Origin: a bacterium
GTDB lineage: Bacteria; Patescibacteriota; Patescibacteriia; UBA1558; GWA2-36-10
DNA: 50,510 bases
Reading direction: 5' to 3'
Assembly (NCBI GenBank): GCA_018653315.1
Contig: JABIAL010000035.1
Coordinates: forward strand, 1 to 50,510
Shown: piece by piece, positions 47,289 to 50,510 of the stretch
Layout: every line of letters starts with the position of its first letter
Numbering within the stretch: the stretch's first letter is position 1
Translations under genes and position numbers: made by a program
The notes under the pieces: generated by a model
Told to the model about the DNA's origin: nothing
The model's input: only the letters and a program-made list of their open reading frames with translations
Databases searched by the model: none

Positions 47289-47363
47289 TGGTGATCCCAC
47301 GGGGAATCGAACCCCGGTTTCTAGGATGAAAACCTAGTGTCCTAACCACTAGACGATGGGACC
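47289..47363 (-). tRNA. tRNA-Glu(UUC), CCA encoded
   Basis: GGTCCCA acceptor stem, D loop AGTGGTTA, anticodon arm CTAGG-TTTTCAT-CCTAG, GGTTCGATTCC T arm, ends ACCA. Confidence 0.97.
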
Positions 47364-47467
47364 GTGTTTTAATGTGTGTTGTCCAAGATACCACCACCTA
47401 AAGGCGAGTTATAAGCCTGTTCCATTATATAATGGAGACGGGACCATAAGCTAATATAACACTCAAC

Positions 47468-47496
47468 ATCATACCTTAAAATTATATAATTGTCAA
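47468..47496 (-). promoter_or_regulatory. Promoter of the tRNA-Glu/csp unit
   Basis: TTGACA-17-TATGAT. Confidence 0.75.
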
Positions 47497-47547
47497 CCCA
47501 GTCATATGTTTATTGTCTCACTGGGTCAATATCAGAATAAAAACAAT

Positions 47548-47955
47548 CTAATTCTTATATTTTTTCTCATAATCATTCTTACTACCAAATTTTGCAAAAT
47601 CTTTATGATGGGTTGGGCTAATAAAATTTTCATCAGCTGCGTGTTGAATACCACACCAATATTTCTCTGTTGTTGCCCCTATCATCACCCAATAACTAAA
47701 AAGACCATTAGTATAACCACAATATACACAAGCAAATCTTTGCCTAAAATTTAAATATGATAATTTTTGTCTATCAATTTTTATATAGCTAGAACGATCA
47801 ACGCACTCTAGTCCATAAAGAGGAAAACAAATATGCTGATAAATCTCTATAACCAAATCCATCATAATTAAAAACGGTAACACACCCCAAATAACGGGGA
47901 TAGATATGAGCTGTTGCGCATCTTTAGCTAAACGATCATCTTTAAAATGTTCCAT
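47548..47955 (-). CDS. Conserved-looking hypothetical membrane protein with Cys/His motifs
   Basis: TM segment, YQHICFPLYG, IDRQKLSYL, CVYCGYTNG, EKYWCGIQH. Confidence 0.7.
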   Translation of the reverse strand: MEHFKDDRLAKDAQQLISIPVIWGVLPFLIMMDLVIEIYQHICFPLYGLECVDRSSYIKIDRQKLSYLNFRQRFACVYCGYTNGLFSYWVMIGATTEKYWCGIQHAADENFISPTHHKDFAKFGSKNDYEKKYKN

Positions 47956-48018
47956 GACTAAATTTTATTTTTCTTTATACTAACATTATATATAAAATAA
48001 CTGTTTCTATCAAAATTA

Positions 48019-49809
48019 TTAATTCAAATCTTCTTCTGTTATTAAAAAATTACCTTCTTTATCAAAACGACGATCAACTATCTCTTGATACTCTTTTTTG
48101 GGTACAATTTTGTTAGCTAACTCAATCGCTTGATCAGCAACATCTTGATCACCAGCACGAACCGCCTCTTCGGAAAAACCAAAAAGATTAAAGGCTAATT
48201 TCTTTAAACGATATTGATTAAAATCATCCGGCTTCTTCTGTAATTCACTTATCAAATTAGACATGCCCTGCATATAGTCTTCATTGGTTTCTAGTTTTCT
48301 GTCAAACCTCTCTCTACATAAAAACTCTGTGCCTCGATACATGCCATACTCTCGAATTGAATTAAGTCTTAATTCTTTGGTAAGCTTATTTTGGTAGACA
48401 AAATATTTTTCTTTACCAATAAGCACACTATAAATATCTTTTGTAGCATTAATAACACGAGCAACTACTTTGACTTCTTTACCATTGGCATAACCATGTT
48501 TTTGCACACGCTCTTCTAATTCTGTAAAGTCTTCTTCTGCTTCTGGCAAATTAACCCAATCAATTGCCTCATCAGTCATATAAAAATTACCACCCTCTGA
48601 ACGACTATCTATTAAATCAACTTCTGTAGATTTTATTTTAAAAGGTGAGTTCTTAAACAATGCTTCTTTTTTTTCTAATTTTTCCTCCTCACTTAAATTA
48701 AAATCATTGTCCAATAACTCAGCTATTTCTATCTTTTTACCTTTAGTCAGATAAGCTGAAAGCTTCCTTGGCGGCGCTTCACTCCTATCTTCTCTAGCTG
48801 GTACATAAACTGCTTCATAAATAACACCTCCCTCAATGACATACAAGGGCATATTCATTTCTTCGATTACTTCTATAATATTATCAGCTGAATCTAGATC
48901 ATAACGCATTATACCTGTATTTCGATCAATGCAAACATAATAACCAGCCACCTCTCCACTGTCCACTACAAATTCGTTATAATTATGTGATCCTCCTAAC
49001 GCCTCATTTATTTCCTGACTAATAGGCATAATTGGTGCATCATGAGATGCCCTACTCTTGGTACCTGTCGCTACTGTAGCTCCATCATGTGCATAAGCTC
49101 TTTGCACTAAACCGCCTTTTAAAAGTACACCCATTCCACCCCACATTTTTTCTCTAGTATCACCCTCTTTAATCGTAGAGGTAGAAAGCACTGGATCTAG
49201 ACTTAAGGTGATATCCAATTTTGAGCGCCAAGTCGCACCTTCTTGCAATAATGAATTATCATCTGGCACGAAGTCTGGCCTTATAGCATGAATGAACGCT
49301 ACATTGTTATCTCGCATAATATTAGACACATCTCTAATTTCTTTTTCTTTTTCATATTCCTGCCAAGCCTCTTCTTGTTTATTGTAAAAATCAGCTAACA
49401 TCTGTTTAGCATCATCTAGTGTGCTAGCATTTGATTTTTGTAATTCTAGTTCACTCAAGATCTCCTGAATATCACCATGCTCTTGTAATATTTGTTGATG
49501 ATCTAATTGTTTGACTGATAAATTTTGCTCTAATTCTTTAATAGCAAAAAAATTAAAAAGCTCTTTAAATGTACTTTCTTTTTTCAAAATAAGTTCTTCC
49601 TCTATTGCCTTGATTTCAGCTACAACTTCTTCTGCTTTTTTCTCTTTCTCTTTAGCGTCTTCTACAATTTGGCTAATTTTTTTAGCTAGTTCTTTTTGTT
49701 CTGCAAAATACTCGCTACGTTTTTCCCAGATAGCGCCACCTACCTCTTTTCGCTCTTCAGGAGAATGCTCTTGAGAAAAATCTTTTATGAATTTTGGTAC
49801 TTCTTTCAT
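48019..49809 (-). CDS. Large hypothetical protein with N-terminal coiled coil and central globular domain
   Basis: 596-aa ORF; E/K-rich helical N-terminus; FIH...LSTST...NYNEFVV pattern. Confidence 0.7.
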   Translation of the reverse strand: MKEVPKFIKDFSQEHSPEERKEVGGAIWEKRSEYFAEQKELAKKISQIVEDAKEKEKKAEEVVAEIKAIEEELILKKESTFKELFNFFAIKELEQNLSVKQLDHQQILQEHGDIQEILSELELQKSNASTLDDAKQMLADFYNKQEEAWQEYEKEKEIRDVSNIMRDNNVAFIHAIRPDFVPDDNSLLQEGATWRSKLDITLSLDPVLSTSTIKEGDTREKMWGGMGVLLKGGLVQRAYAHDGATVATGTKSRASHDAPIMPISQEINEALGGSHNYNEFVVDSGEVAGYYVCIDRNTGIMRYDLDSADNIIEVIEEMNMPLYVIEGGVIYEAVYVPAREDRSEAPPRKLSAYLTKGKKIEIAELLDNDFNLSEEEKLEKKEALFKNSPFKIKSTEVDLIDSRSEGGNFYMTDEAIDWVNLPEAEEDFTELEERVQKHGYANGKEVKVVARVINATKDIYSVLIGKEKYFVYQNKLTKELRLNSIREYGMYRGTEFLCRERFDRKLETNEDYMQGMSNLISELQKKPDDFNQYRLKKLAFNLFGFSEEAVRAGDQDVADQAIELANKIVPKKEYQEIVDRRFDKEGNFLITEEDLN

Positions 49810-49810
49810 A

Positions 49811-50386
49811 TTATTTATTTAATGTTTTATAACGATAGCAATCTATAGTATGATCATTAACTAGCCCGGCAGCTTGCATAAAAGCATAAATAGTCGTTGA
49901 GCCTACAAATTTAAATCCTCTTTTCTTTAAATCTTTACTTAAGGCATCTGATTCTAAACTTGTAGCTGGGATATCAGATAATTTTTTAAATTTATTTATT
50001 TTTGGTTTATTATTTACAAACTGCCAAATATACTCAGAAAAACTGCCAAATTCTTTTTGCACTTGTATAAACATCTGTGCGTTTATAATAGTGGCTGCTA
50101 TTTTTAAACGATTACGAATAATTCCTGCATCAGCTAATAATCTCTTTGTATCTTTATTTGTATATTTAGCAATCTTTTTGTAGTCAAAATTTGAAAATGC
50201 TTCTTTAAAATTAGCACGCTTATTTAAAACAATCTCCCAAGAAAGTCCAGCCTGAAAACAATCGAGTAATAAAAATTCAAACAACTTTTTATCATCATAC
50301 AAAGGCACGCCCCATTCATCATCATGATATTTGATCATCAAGGGATTTTGAGTAAGCCAAGCGCATCTTTTTTTATGATCTAGCAT
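49811..50386 (-). CDS. tag: DNA-3-methyladenine glycosylase I (start revised to MLDHKKRC)
   Basis: RCAW, YHDDEWG, FQAGLSW, IIRNRLKI, GFKFVG, MQAAGLVNDH..C. Confidence 0.96.
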   Translation of the reverse strand: MLDHKKRCAWLTQNPLMIKYHDDEWGVPLYDDKKLFEFLLLDCFQAGLSWEIVLNKRANFKEAFSNFDYKKIAKYTNKDTKRLLADAGIIRNRLKIAATIINAQMFIQVQKEFGSFSEYIWQFVNNKPKINKFKKLSDIPATSLESDALSKDLKKRGFKFVGSTTIYAFMQAAGLVNDHTIDCYRYKTLNK

Positions 50387-50510
50387 ATATCTATAATAAC
50401 AAAATAAACATGAATAAGCCATAGTGAAAAATATAAGTCTAGTGGCATAAAAAACATTTTTCTAGTATAATTTAAATACTCATAGCTTATATTAAAATAT
50501 AAAAATATGG

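Noticed and set aside
269-49774. Many short antisense or overlapping ORFs in the ORF track (e.g. 3441-3647, 5379-5603, 20071-20421, 31286-31555, 37435-37863, 39697-40068, 43080-43298, 47506-47754)
   Set aside because: They overlap well-supported genes or regulatory elements and have no motifs or initiation signals; they are best explained as shadow ORFs.
1-50510. Alternative genetic code (UGA=Gly, as in Gracilibacteria/Absconditabacteria)
   Set aside because: Conserved genes are full length under code 11 and TGA acts as stop in ATGA overlaps (26749, 27303, 33191).

Overview
AT-rich bacterial chromosomal segment (housekeeping lines sampled at about 30% GC), standard code 11. Gene content and style suggest a Patescibacteria/CPR (Parcubacteria-like) genome; this is an inference. 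Most of the window is housekeeping: rnj, trpS, murI, PMM/PGM, glyA-folD, uvrD/pcrA, ychF, queA-queH, ruvB, gyrA, rpsA, ftsH, pilB, valS, tsaE-tsaD, csp, tRNA-Glu(UUC) and tag. No CRISPR array, transposase, integrase or prophage was seen. Main observations: (1) a compact candidate tRNA wobble-uridine modification locus, with Elp3 divergent from, and start-codon-overlapped with, a Trm9/ALKBH8-like methyltransferase followed by a U32 Fe-S hydroxylase-family gene and a ferredoxin; (2) six dispersed stand-alone units sharing a sigma70-like promoter, a boxA-like GTTCATTTAAC motif at the transcript start and a terminator, five with SD-led ORFs (mostly orphans, often GC-richer) and one with no ORF (candidate sRNA); (3) a valS T-box with an ultrashort stem I; (4) short palindromic REP-like elements inserted in frame in murI and valS, possibly also rpsA; (5) a divergent PL10 pectate-lyase-like surface protein, a beta-barrel-like secreted protein and a possible ART-fold protein. 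All calls were made by eye from motifs; no searches were run.
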